From Patescibacteria group bacterium (GTDB lineage: Bacteria; Patescibacteriota; JACPGU01), in the NCBI GenBank assembly GCA_028718745.1, contig JAQULF010000002.1, forward strand, positions 11,628-75,627: a DNA stretch of 64,000 nt. The letters run 5' to 3'. Under the pieces are notes generated by a model. It saw nothing but the letters and a program-made list of their open reading frames with translations. It made no database searches and was not told where the DNA came from. The position numbers and the translations under genes are program-made. Below, in pieces: positions 36,123-45,938 of the stretch. Numbering within the stretch: position 1 is the stretch's first letter; the number at the start of each line of letters is the position of its first letter.

Positions 36123-37319
36123 ATGACTGAAGAAACCAAAAAACAACCAAAAGCTTGCCCCGCTAAACCATTTGGTGAAGCGCGGGTCGCGATTGTCTGC
36201 GATTGGCTCACCAATTGGGGCGGAGCTGAAAGATGCGACATGCTGCTTCATGAGATGTGGCCGGAAGCACCGATCTATTCGTTGATTTACAATGAAAAGA
36301 AAATGCCGGAATTCAAAAATGCAGATATCCGAACCTCATATCTTAACCGCGCTCCTTTGGCTAAAAAGAAATGGCAATTTTATCTTCACTATATGCCCTG
36401 CGCGATTGAGCAGTTTGATCTAACGGAATATGACATTGTTATAACAACCAGCCATTCATGTGCAAAAGGCGTTATAACAAAACCTTCTACTTTAAATATC
36501 TGCTATCTCTATAGCCCGACCAGATATATGTTGGATTTTTATTATCAATATCTGCGCAACATAAAATTTACACCAATTAAGTTCTTTGATAAGATTTTGA
36601 AAAATATCGTTCGCGCAAAAATTCATGACTTACGGCAATGGGATTTTATTGCCGCACGCCGACCCGACTATATTATTTCTATCTCACAATATATTCGTCG
36701 CAGAGCTCAAAAGTATTATCGAATCGATTCCGATGTTATTTACCCTCCGGTAAACTGCAAACATTATCTGCCGGCAAATGAATCAGAGATTGGCGACTAT
36801 TATCTTATTGTTGGCAGACAAATCGATTATAAAAGACACGACATAGTAATTGAAGCATTCAATCAACTGGGGCTGCCACTAGTTATTATCGGCGAAGGAC
36901 CGGAATTGAAAAAGCTAAAGAAAATTGCTAAAAGCGATAAAATAAAATTTATGGGGAGAATCTCTGACGCAGAGATAACTGAATATTTCGCGAAATGCAT
37001 CGCTATGATCCATCCTCAAGAGGAAGATTTTGGCATTACACCACTCGAGGCCCAATCAGCTGGCCGGCCCGTCATCGCCTATCGCGCTGGAGGGGCTATG
37101 GAAACCGTAGTAGAAAATGAAACGGGAGTTTTCTTTGACGAGCAGACGCCCGAAGCAGTAATGGAAATAATAAAAAACTTTGATCATAAAAAATTTAATT
37201 CGCATAAAATTCGTGAACATGCGTTAAAATTTGACACCGAAGTTTTTAAGCGAAATATAAAAAAATATGTGGAAGATAAATATCAAGAACATTTAGAAAG
37301 GAATAAAAAATGGAATTAA
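36123..37319 (+). CDS. Glycosyltransferase family 4 (GT-B, 'group 1')
   Basis: 398 aa. C-terminal 'EDFGITPLEAQSAGRPVIAYRAGGAMETV' has the E-x7-E motif. Confidence 0.8.
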   Translation: MTEETKKQPKACPAKPFGEARVAIVCDWLTNWGGAERCDMLLHEMWPEAPIYSLIYNEKKMPEFKNADIRTSYLNRAPLAKKKWQFYLHYMPCAIEQFDLTEYDIVITTSHSCAKGVITKPSTLNICYLYSPTRYMLDFYYQYLRNIKFTPIKFFDKILKNIVRAKIHDLRQWDFIAARRPDYIISISQYIRRRAQKYYRIDSDVIYPPVNCKHYLPANESEIGDYYLIVGRQIDYKRHDIVIEAFNQLGLPLVIIGEGPELKKLKKIAKSDKIKFMGRISDAEITEYFAKCIAMIHPQEEDFGITPLEAQSAGRPVIAYRAGGAMETVVENETGVFFDEQTPEAVMEIIKNFDHKKFNSHKIREHALKFDTEVFKRNIKKYVEDKYQEHLERNKKWN

Positions 37320-38548
37320 AAGAAATTTTTCAAATTATAAAAAGAAAAATTTGGCTGATCATTTTGGTTGTTGTAATTGTAGTAGGTTCGACAACATACC
37401 TTTCGTTAAAACAAAAAATAAAGTATGAAACTTCCTCTATTCTTACCATTCAGGCTAATCACGAAAGAACGGATCAATATCAATACAATGGCTATTATGC
37501 AATTCAAGCTTGCGATTTTTTTATCAATACTATTACAGGATGGATTGGCAATCCTAGTCTCGTTTCAAAAATTTATGAGGGCTCGGGAAGTGGCAGTATC
37601 TACTCTCAAAAGATTCCACCTCAAAACTTAGTCTTGGTAGCTACCGGAGAAACAAAAGAACAATCAGATTCTATACTGGATGGAATGATAAAGCTGATTA
37701 AAGACAAAAATGCTCAATTAAATATAATTGATGGATCTATGTCAGGATTTGAAATTATAAGTTCAGATTTCACTACTATCCCAACCAAAACAAATGTGCC
37801 ATTTAACATAATAGTTTCTTTGATAGTGAGTCTATTTCTTTCATTATTCCTGGTTTTCTTTCTGGAATATCTTTCGCCAACCATAAATAATCTTCAGAGA
37901 ATAAAAAATATATTTAAAAAACAACCCATCTCATTAAGAGGGTTAAAATTAAAAAAATTGGTCAGGCCTACAAGTGTAGAATCAGAAAAATTTAGATTCT
38001 TGAGAGCTAATATAACTTCTTTGGATCAAAATGAGAAAACATCTATCGTAGTAGCCGGCATTAATGAAAAAAATATCACCCCCCTAATTTCGGCAAATTT
38101 AGCTTTGTCATTCGCGCGATCCGGTAAGAGAACTATTTTGGTAGATGCAAATTTTTCTAACCCAAATATCCACGAATATTTTAACCGTGGAAATGAAGCG
38201 GGTTTTTCCGAATTTCTCTTTGATGAAAAAAACATTGATAAATACTTACAGAAAACAGACGAAACCAATCTTAGGATAATGTCTTCGGGCATTAAACTTT
38301 CATATGCTTCAGACACAATAGAACGCTCCGATTTGAAAGAAGTCCTTCGGGAAATTGAAAAAGAATGCGATGTTGTAATAATTAATGTGCCTGCATTGAA
38401 TGCTTCCTCCGAAGCGTTTCCGCTTTTTTCTATCATCAAAAAAATCTTATTGGTAGTAAAACTAGGCAAGACAAACATATTGGCCGTGAATTATATTAAC
38501 GACTTTGTCGATAGAAAAGAAGTCGAGAAATATATCGTCGTGATTTAA
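37310..38548 (+). CDS. Wzz-like chain-length determinant fused to a BY-kinase-like domain with degenerate Walker A
   Basis: 412 aa. The N-terminal and central TM helices flank a periplasmic segment. The C-terminal ParA/MinD-like domain reads 'VVAGINEKNITP' where a Walker A box would sit. Confidence 0.55.
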   Translation: MELKEIFQIIKRKIWLIILVVVIVVGSTTYLSLKQKIKYETSSILTIQANHERTDQYQYNGYYAIQACDFFINTITGWIGNPSLVSKIYEGSGSGSIYSQKIPPQNLVLVATGETKEQSDSILDGMIKLIKDKNAQLNIIDGSMSGFEIISSDFTTIPTKTNVPFNIIVSLIVSLFLSLFLVFFLEYLSPTINNLQRIKNIFKKQPISLRGLKLKKLVRPTSVESEKFRFLRANITSLDQNEKTSIVVAGINEKNITPLISANLALSFARSGKRTILVDANFSNPNIHEYFNRGNEAGFSEFLFDEKNIDKYLQKTDETNLRIMSSGIKLSYASDTIERSDLKEVLREIEKECDVVIINVPALNASSEAFPLFSIIKKILLVVKLGKTNILAVNYINDFVDRKEVEKYIVVI

Positions 38549-38561
38549 GCGAAATAAATCG

Positions 38562-39704
38562 ATGAATAAAGAAAATAAAATTTTGCGCATTGGCATTGAC
38601 GGCCGTGTTCTCCAAGACCCAAAACCGTCTGGAATTCCGCAATATGCCGCTAATGTCATAAAAGAAATTTTAAAATTAGATCAAAAAAACAGGTATGTAT
38701 TGTTTTATAATTCTTTCAGAAAGATAGAGCAAAATCTTCCGAAGTTTGAAGGAAATCTCGAGGTAAGAGTTTATCATTGGCCGAATAAATTCTTAGAATG
38801 GTTTTGGAAGATAATTCCTTACCCAAAAATAGATAAAGTTTTGAGAGTGGATGCATTCTTTTCGCCGCATTTTATAAACATTCCCCTGTCAAAAGAAGTA
38901 AAAAAAGCAGTCACTATTCACGACTTGTCTTTTATAAAAGATAAAAGATATTTTTCGTGGAGAAAAAATCTTTGGCATTGGCAAATGAATCCCAAAGTTG
39001 CCTGCAAAAACTTTGACAAAATAATAGCTGTTTCTGAAGCGACTAAGAAAGATATTTCCAATCTTTATAAAATAAATAAAAATAAAGTCGAGGTGGTTTA
39101 TAATGGCGAAAGAAAAATGATAGATTTTTTTGAAGAAGAAAAGAGCACTGCTATTTTGAACAAATTTAAGATAGCTAAAAAAAGATATCTTCTTTTTTTA
39201 GCTACACTAGAGCCGCGAAAAAATGTGGAGGGAATTATCGACGCATATGCTATGATAAATAATCAAATACCAGATCTCAAGCTTGTCATCGCCGGTAAAA
39301 AAGGCTGGCTTTTTAAAAATATTTTTAAGAAAGTAAAAAAATATAACCTAGAGCAAAAAATCATTTTTACTGATTTTGTAAATGAAGAAGAAAAATATAT
39401 CCTTTTTAAAAACGCCCACAGTTTTTTATTTCCCTCTTTTTGTGAAGGATTTGGCATTCCGATTCTAGAAGCAAAGAATCACTCTGTCCCCATAATTACT
39501 TCTTCCACTTCATCGATGCCGGAAATAATAAAGGATGCGGCTATTCTAGTAAACCCTCATAACATAAATGACTTGGCGCAAGCAATTCTAAAAATATCGA
39601 AAAGCGGCTTATTAAGATCGATTCTAAAAGATAAGGCTAGCCAAATTCCACAAAATAGCTGGCGGGACTGCGCCATCAAAACCCTCGACATTCTTCTATC
39701 CTAA
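38562..39704 (+). CDS. Glycosyltransferase family 4
   Basis: 380 aa. 'FLFPSFCEGFGIPILEAKNHSVPIITS'. Confidence 0.8.
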   Translation: MNKENKILRIGIDGRVLQDPKPSGIPQYAANVIKEILKLDQKNRYVLFYNSFRKIEQNLPKFEGNLEVRVYHWPNKFLEWFWKIIPYPKIDKVLRVDAFFSPHFINIPLSKEVKKAVTIHDLSFIKDKRYFSWRKNLWHWQMNPKVACKNFDKIIAVSEATKKDISNLYKINKNKVEVVYNGERKMIDFFEEEKSTAILNKFKIAKKRYLLFLATLEPRKNVEGIIDAYAMINNQIPDLKLVIAGKKGWLFKNIFKKVKKYNLEQKIIFTDFVNEEEKYILFKNAHSFLFPSFCEGFGIPILEAKNHSVPIITSSTSSMPEIIKDAAILVNPHNINDLAQAILKISKSGLLRSILKDKASQIPQNSWRDCAIKTLDILLS

Positions 39705-39715
39705 AAAACCTTTTT

Positions 39716-41695
39716 TTGTTCTATAATAAGAAGGATATGGAAGAAAAAGACTTTGATCAATTTCACTATCATCCCCAAATCAACAAGAACATTGATGGTA
39801 TTGTTTTGGTACCCAAAAAAAATAAAGCAAATACTCAAGCGATAAAGATAAAAGAAGCAGCGAAGGTGGCTTTTCAAAAAGTAAAGCCGACAAACAAAAC
39901 ATTGAGTATCGGCATTAGCTTATCTTTGATTTTTCTTTTTTCTATTCTACCGATTCGAATCTTAGAATCAGGGTCAAACATGAACGCAAAAGCAAAGGAA
40001 GGCTTCGATAAATTGGGAGATGTGTATCAGTCAATTCAAAACAATGACTACAAAAAAGCAAAATCCGATCTCTTAATAATCAGTAAAAACATAAAAGAAA
40101 TAAATGATGAATTAGACGATGTGGGACAAAAAAACATCGTTTTGCCCAGGTTCTCAATAATTAATGATAGCAGTATAAATGATGAACGATTCTTTGAGAT
40201 CGTTCTGTCTCTTTCCAAAATTGGCAATGACTTGATCGATGATTTAAACTTTGCTGAAAATATAAAAGTCTCTGCCCCGGATAACAATGAGAACGGCGCT
40301 CAACTATTTTTATATTTGAATAAAATAAATCGCGATCTAAAAAGCACAGGAAATGATTTTAATGCTCTCAAATTAAATGTTAGCAAAATTGATGATGAAA
40401 AGTTGAACGATAAAGAAAAGGGATATCTCGCATTAATCAAACAGAATATGGTTGGGCTAGAAAATTACTATGACTCGGCCATCACTCTAACTAACAATGC
40501 CGCCTCTCTTGTGGGTAAAGATTATGATAGAAAATACTTGATACTTTTTCAAAACAATACAGAGATCAGGGCTACTGGTGGGTTCATAGGGACTTATGGA
40601 GTTTTAACGATTAGAGACGGAGGAATAAAAAATATTTTCGTAGACAGCGTCTATAATCCCGACGGTCAAATCAGCAAAAAGATAGAGCCGCCGGAACCAC
40701 TGAAAAGAATTACGAAAAACTGGACAATGAGAGATGCAAATTGGTATCCAGATTTTCCGACATCCGCAAAAAACATTTCTAATTTCTACGAGATGGAGGG
40801 GGGGTTTACACCCGATGGAATAATTGCCTTTGACACCAAAACATTTACAGATCTGTTGGAAATAACCGGACCAATAAAGTTAGCAAGATACGATGTCGAG
40901 ATCAACAAAGACAATTTCGTATCAATCACTCAATTCAAAACGAGCATCGACTATGATTTGTCCCAAAATAATCCAAAAAAATTCTTGAGCGACTTTGCTC
41001 CCCTACTGCTAGAAAAACTATCCAGTTTGAATAAGGAGAATCAACAAAAAGTCATGGCCGTCTTGACTAATAATATTCTGGAAAAACATATTCAGTTTTA
41101 TTCCGCGGTTGAAGATATTCAAAATGCATTCGTTAATCTGGATATCGCCGGAAAAATAAAAGATAGTAATGGTAAAGATTACTTCGCCTACATAGATTCA
41201 AATATAGGAGGGTTCAAAACAAATGATAAGATAAAGGAATCTTTAACACATACCATAGAAATAGATAGGGATGGATTTCCGATACACGAAGTTCAAATAA
41301 CCAGAAAACACGAGGGTAGTTATGAGTGGCCCAGTGGGACAAATTATGCATATATGAGATTTTATCTTCCAAAAGGATCTTCGGTTTTAGCAGTAGAAGA
41401 TTTCAATAAAAACAGCAATATAAATACTGAAGTTAAAGATCCGGATATTTATGAAGAGAATGACAAAACGGTTATTGGTATGTGGCAAATTATAAATCCC
41501 GGGGAAGAAGTAATTTTAAAAATAAAATATAAATCATCAGCAAAAATAAGTTCTTCTTCATATAATCTTTTAATTCAAAAACAAGCCGGGATTATATCCC
41601 AAGAAACAACTATAAATCTTAATTATAAAAATAAAAATTACCAAGAAAATTTTAATTTAGTTCAAGACAAGGAGGTGGTAGTTAATCTTGAATAG
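39716..41695 (+). CDS. Large exported or membrane-anchored hypothetical protein (possibly DUF4012-like)
   Basis: 659 aa with a single TM helix near residue 65. Co-located with a polysaccharide locus. Family assignment is tentative. Confidence 0.4.
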   Translation: MFYNKKDMEEKDFDQFHYHPQINKNIDGIVLVPKKNKANTQAIKIKEAAKVAFQKVKPTNKTLSIGISLSLIFLFSILPIRILESGSNMNAKAKEGFDKLGDVYQSIQNNDYKKAKSDLLIISKNIKEINDELDDVGQKNIVLPRFSIINDSSINDERFFEIVLSLSKIGNDLIDDLNFAENIKVSAPDNNENGAQLFLYLNKINRDLKSTGNDFNALKLNVSKIDDEKLNDKEKGYLALIKQNMVGLENYYDSAITLTNNAASLVGKDYDRKYLILFQNNTEIRATGGFIGTYGVLTIRDGGIKNIFVDSVYNPDGQISKKIEPPEPLKRITKNWTMRDANWYPDFPTSAKNISNFYEMEGGFTPDGIIAFDTKTFTDLLEITGPIKLARYDVEINKDNFVSITQFKTSIDYDLSQNNPKKFLSDFAPLLLEKLSSLNKENQQKVMAVLTNNILEKHIQFYSAVEDIQNAFVNLDIAGKIKDSNGKDYFAYIDSNIGGFKTNDKIKESLTHTIEIDRDGFPIHEVQITRKHEGSYEWPSGTNYAYMRFYLPKGSSVLAVEDFNKNSNINTEVKDPDIYEENDKTVIGMWQIINPGEEVILKIKYKSSAKISSSSYNLLIQKQAGIISQETTINLNYKNKNYQENFNLVQDKEVVVNLE

Positions 41696-41819
41696 ATTAT
41701 TTTGGCTAAATATCTGAATTTATATCATGGCAAATCATTCTTTATTGCGTCTTTATAACTTGATGGAACCAGGTATTTTATGTTAAAATAAGTGTACTAA
41801 ATGAAATTTAAAGTCAATT

Positions 41820-43310
41820 ATGCCAATAGATATAAATTCTCGGCTAAGGAAAGTGGTTAAAAAAGTTTTTGTCGCTATTAATATCTCAATTAATAATTTT
41901 AGTAATATTTTAACCAAAAATCTATTAGCAAGCGTCCTTATTGGATTCATAAGTAGTTTTTTTGTTCTATTCGAAATCCTTAATTATTATCATTTCAATT
42001 TTCCTGTTTTAGATTTAGGAATGTACAATCGGCATATGTGGGGTTTAATAAGGTTTGATTTTGGCGCTAACCCACTAAAAGGATTCAATCTGCTTGGAGA
42101 TCACGCGCACTTTATCTTACTGTTTTTTGCCCCACTTTATTTTTTATTCCCCAGCCCCATTACCTTATTGGTTTTACAGGCATTATCAATCGGTTTGAGT
42201 GGCTGGCCTATTTACTTGATAGCTAATAAGTTTTTTAAGAATAAGTCGCTGGCTGCGATTTTTTTGTTGCCATATTATTGTTTTTTTGGATTTTGGGCAG
42301 CCATGGTTTTTCCATTTCATGTATCGGTCCTTGCCATTTTGCCACTTAGTTGGGCCTTATATTTTCTTTTAACAAAAAAATACCGTAAACTCGTTTATGC
42401 ATTAATAGTTTTAATCTTGATCAAGGAAGATATGCCCTTAGTTGTTTTCATGTTTGCGTTGTATTTAATAATTATAGACAGAAAAACAAAATTGGGCTTA
42501 ATATTGGCAGTGGTTAGTATTCCATATTTTCTTTTTGTTGTGAAGTTTTGGCTACCGTTTGTGAGCAAAATTCGTTATTATTACACAGACACCAGCCTGG
42601 GGATGGATTTTAAAGACATCATCATAATTATTTTTACAAAGCCCATTGCCTTCATTAAGGCTATGCTCATGCCATCAATGAAAATAAAAACTATTTTTTG
42701 TATGCTCTTATCATTTGGAGGATTCTCGCTTATTGGGTTGGAAATACTAATTTTATTATGTCCATTGTGGCTGGGCCGTTTTTTAAGCACCCAAGAATGG
42801 CGCTGGTCAATAATTCAACATTATTCCGCTAATCAAGGTCCTATACTTGCCGTTGCTGCTCTAGTTGGTGTACATCGTTTATCGTTTTTCTTAAAAAACA
42901 AAAAGGTAAAAACTTATTTTAATATTCTTTTTATAATCATTTGTCTAATTGGCAATGGTATATTTTATTATCATTTTAAACCCAAAGAATATTTGAAAAT
43001 CTTTAATAAAAACTTTTATACATTCGACAGCCACGAGAAAGAGCTGTTTAATATAATTAAGCAAATACCTTCTGAATCATCGGCTGGGGTACAATCAAGC
43101 TTTCCTCAATTGACCAGCCGACAAGAAGTTTATTTGTTGCCAATCGATTTTAGTAAAGTTAAACCGGATTTTTTATTATTTGACACACATAAAGATTTTT
43201 GGCCAATGAAAACAAAAGAAGATGTGATAAATCAAATTAAAATAGCAACCGATAATGGCTATTTGATAAAAAAACAAATTGACGATATATATTTATTACA
43301 AAAAGAATAA
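41820..43310 (+). CDS. Multipass membrane protein, DUF2079-like (predicted GT-C-type glycosyltransferase)
   Basis: 496 aa with about 12 TM helices. The N-terminal periplasmic loop 'LDLGMYNRHMWG...LLGDHAHFILLFFAPLY' resembles the DUF2079 signature. Lies adjacent to gtrA and gtrB homologues. Confidence 0.45.
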   Translation: MPIDINSRLRKVVKKVFVAINISINNFSNILTKNLLASVLIGFISSFFVLFEILNYYHFNFPVLDLGMYNRHMWGLIRFDFGANPLKGFNLLGDHAHFILLFFAPLYFLFPSPITLLVLQALSIGLSGWPIYLIANKFFKNKSLAAIFLLPYYCFFGFWAAMVFPFHVSVLAILPLSWALYFLLTKKYRKLVYALIVLILIKEDMPLVVFMFALYLIIIDRKTKLGLILAVVSIPYFLFVVKFWLPFVSKIRYYYTDTSLGMDFKDIIIIIFTKPIAFIKAMLMPSMKIKTIFCMLLSFGGFSLIGLEILILLCPLWLGRFLSTQEWRWSIIQHYSANQGPILAVAALVGVHRLSFFLKNKKVKTYFNILFIIICLIGNGIFYYHFKPKEYLKIFNKNFYTFDSHEKELFNIIKQIPSESSAGVQSSFPQLTSRQEVYLLPIDFSKVKPDFLLFDTHKDFWPMKTKEDVINQIKIATDNGYLIKKQIDDIYLLQKE

Positions 43311-43311
43311 A

Positions 43312-43764
43312 ATGAATAACACACACAAACAAAAAACAGTTTTTCAAGTTATGAAATTTGCTCTCGTTGGAGCCATTAATACAATAATTGATCTTGGGGT
43401 TCTTAATCTTTTGATGTTTGTAAGCGGAATCTCCAGTGGTATTTTTTATTTAATTTTCAAAGCTACTTCTTTCACTTTAGCGGTTGCTAACAGTTATTTT
43501 ATGAATAAGTATTGGACTTTTAGATCAGAGGGAAAGATAAAGGGCAAAGAATTTTCCAAGTTTTTCTTGATAAGCATAGTCGGTTTTATTATCAATGTAG
43601 GTTCGGCATCAATCGTTGTTAATCTCATTCCCAATTTTTTGGGGGTTGCCCCGCAAATATGGGGGAACATCGGCGCTTTGGCCGGAACATTTCTAGGATT
43701 GGCATGGAATTTTTTGGGATACAAGTTTGTGGTATTTGAAAAAGTAAATTCTCAACAACTATAA
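43312..43764 (+). CDS. GtrA-family membrane protein (polyisoprenyl-phosphate-sugar flippase-like)
   Basis: The track ORF begins at 43279 and overlaps the previous gene, so the likely start is MNNTHKQ. Has 4 TM helices, 'FALVGAINTIIDLGVLNLL' and a C-terminal 'AWNFLGYKFVVF'. Confidence 0.8.
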   Translation: MNNTHKQKTVFQVMKFALVGAINTIIDLGVLNLLMFVSGISSGIFYLIFKATSFTLAVANSYFMNKYWTFRSEGKIKGKEFSKFFLISIVGFIINVGSASIVVNLIPNFLGVAPQIWGNIGALAGTFLGLAWNFLGYKFVVFEKVNSQQL

Positions 43765-43782
43765 TAAATTTAAAAATTTAAC

Positions 43783-44574
43783 ATGGAAGCAGAAAACAGA
43801 AATCAACCGCATAACGACAAAAATAAGAGTGATAAAATTCGTCTCTCCGTCATCATTCCCGCCTATAATGAAGAAGAGAGAATAAAAGAAACCTTGCAGT
43901 CAATTGACGCATATTTAACAAAACAACCATATAATTATGAAATTATAATTATTGCTAATAATTGTACCGATAACACAGTTAAAGTAATTTCGGAATATCA
44001 AAAGATAATAAATCATCTAAAGTTATTCGATATCAAAATAGCTAAACCCGGAGGAGCAAAAGGCTGGGCCGTGAAAAGAGGAATGGAAGAAGCAAAAGGA
44101 GAATATAAACTTTTTATGGATGCAGACAATGCTACCAGGGTTGAGGAAATAGAAAATTTTTGGCCCTTTTTCAATAAAGGATGTAATGTGGTTATCGGCT
44201 CTAGACATATAAGGGGTTCTCACATTATAATTCCACAGCCATGGTACCGCCAAATTCTAGGAAGATCCGCCAACCTGCTTATACGAATGGTTTTACTTCC
44301 AAAAATTAAAGATACTCAATGCGGCTTCAAAGCCTTTAGCAGCAAAGCCGCTGATAAGATATTCGAAAAAATGACTATAGGCGGGTGGGGTTTTGATATG
44401 GAGGTCTTGGCTTTAGCCCGTTTTTGCGGTTTTAAAATTGCGGAGGTCCCAGTGAGGTGGTATGAAGCAGGAAAATCCCGTCTTCAACCGGCAAAAGTAG
44501 CTAAGGATACATTATGGGAATTGTTCAAAATAAAAAAGAATTTCTTAACAGGTCTTTATAAAACAAAAAAATAG
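43783..44574 (+). CDS. GT2 polyprenyl-phosphate glycosyltransferase (GtrB/DPM1-like)
   Basis: 263 aa. 'LSVIIPAYNEEERI', 'DADN'. Soluble GT-A with no TM. Confidence 0.8.
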   Translation: MEAENRNQPHNDKNKSDKIRLSVIIPAYNEEERIKETLQSIDAYLTKQPYNYEIIIIANNCTDNTVKVISEYQKIINHLKLFDIKIAKPGGAKGWAVKRGMEEAKGEYKLFMDADNATRVEEIENFWPFFNKGCNVVIGSRHIRGSHIIIPQPWYRQILGRSANLLIRMVLLPKIKDTQCGFKAFSSKAADKIFEKMTIGGWGFDMEVLALARFCGFKIAEVPVRWYEAGKSRLQPAKVAKDTLWELFKIKKNFLTGLYKTKK

Positions 44575-44822
44575 GATTGCTAATTTGCAATCTGAAATGA
44601 GGCGTATGCGATCAACCAGCTCTTTCTTTCTCAAGTTTTTCTTACTCCAGCGATCTCTTGTTGGCCTTTTTGGGAATGCCAATGATTGCTCATATTTTTA
44701 ATACTGTTATTTTTACTGCCATTAATCCACTTGACTTTTTAGCTTGCTTTTATAATTATTAGAATAGCAAAAAAGAAAAAATAAGTAAACATAGGTAAAT
44801 ATCCTTAAAGCAAAACATTATC

Positions 44823-44851
44823 ATTGACAAATGGGTAAATCTATGATACAA
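44823..44851 (+). promoter_or_regulatory. Strong sigma70-type promoter with extended -10
   Basis: TTGACA, 17-nt spacer, TGaTACAAT. Lies 12 nt upstream of an RBS-less ATG at 44863. Confidence 0.6.
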
Positions 44852-44862
44852 TGTCCTAATTT

Positions 44863-45279
44863 ATGAAAAACCAAAATAAACAAAATTCAAAAGGAAAAAA
44901 GATTAAATACTTCCGAGTAAGGGAATGCAAAGGGAATATGTCAGATTTGATCTTTCGCAGAATATTTAACCTCCTATCATCCGGCGAGTTCGATATTGTG
45001 CTAACTAACAAGACTCATGGCGAAGCCGGCTATGTCGATTATGAAAACTACTCCATATATTTGAACCCAAAAGTATTCCCTGCCGAAGAAACCTTAATCC
45101 ATGAAGCCCTACATATCATAAAGCCGAATCTGGACGAAAAATCTATTATAGAAATGAGTTCACTAATGTTTGAGAGACTAAACGATAACAAAAGAGATAA
45201 ATTAATGGCCTATATCAAGGCTTTAGCTACTAAATATACAGGAGTTAATAAGAAGACTTTGAGCTGTTATTACAACTAA
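44863..45279 (+). CDS. Small putative zinc metallopeptidase-like protein (HExxH)
   Basis: 138 aa. 'ETLIHEALHIIKP' is the only motif. Isolated gene with its own promoter and terminator. Confidence 0.45.
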   Translation: MKNQNKQNSKGKKIKYFRVRECKGNMSDLIFRRIFNLLSSGEFDIVLTNKTHGEAGYVDYENYSIYLNPKVFPAEETLIHEALHIIKPNLDEKSIIEMSSLMFERLNDNKRDKLMAYIKALATKYTGVNKKTLSCYYN

Positions 45280-45300
45280 AATTAATAATCAAAAATATTT

Positions 45301-45326
45301 ACCCCGCCTTGAGCGGGCTTTTTTGT
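45301..45326 (+). terminator. Intrinsic terminator
   Basis: ccccgcc-ttga-gcgggc followed by TTTTTTG. Confidence 0.7.
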
Positions 45327-45334
45327 GCAAATTT

Positions 45335-45404
45335 AAAAGGCGCCAGACTTAAGAAGTCAAAGCACTAACTTGTTTAAAAAGATAAGCAGTGCTTAGGCGC
45401 CTTT
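45335..45404. other. Compound 70-nt hairpin (three nested inverted repeats closed by aaaaggcgcc/ggcgcctttt)
   Basis: The outer 10-bp stem encloses gactt/aagtc and aagcact/agtgctt stems, with T-runs on both sides. Confidence 0.45.
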
Positions 45405-45938
45405 TGAAGGAGTGGCGCCCATACTCTATTTTAAAAAAAATTAAAGCATGATCGCCATGAGAGGGAAGAAGATTTACCGACCCTTTCTATTTTTGTTTTG
45501 CCCCAAGAAACTCTTCTTAAGGCTTGATGACTGACAGCTTGTTACCGTCAGTTATTTTTTTGCTTGCCCTTCGTAGCTTTATGCGAAGAAGGGATTTTTG
45601 TTTTTGTTTTTGAATTTTACTTCAAGGTACACATTTCTTTTCCTAAAGAGATCAGGAAAAGAATGAAAATTTTTGTTAGGATCAGTACATCCCGTCAAGA
45701 TTCCCGGCTTGATGGGAGCAAAGTATTCACAAGACCATACCCTTATGCTCATTTTGCTCCTATCAAATTCTGTTAATATGCGAATTTTCCAACCTTTTCT
45801 TTTTTGTGCATACAATTCTACTATAAAAAAAGTGGTTTGTCAATGTTTTTTTCTTCATTTTTGAACCCTATTTTAGCCAAAAAAATGGATAATGATGCCT
45901 AATTAGCAAAAAAGAAGGCCGAATAGGCCTTCTGAATA

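Noticed and set aside
43279-43311. N-terminal 11 codons of the GtrA ORF (MTIYIYYKKNK)
   Set aside because: They overlap the 3' end of the preceding DUF2079-like gene in another frame. The Met at 43312 follows the upstream stop immediately and gives a normal GtrA N-terminus.
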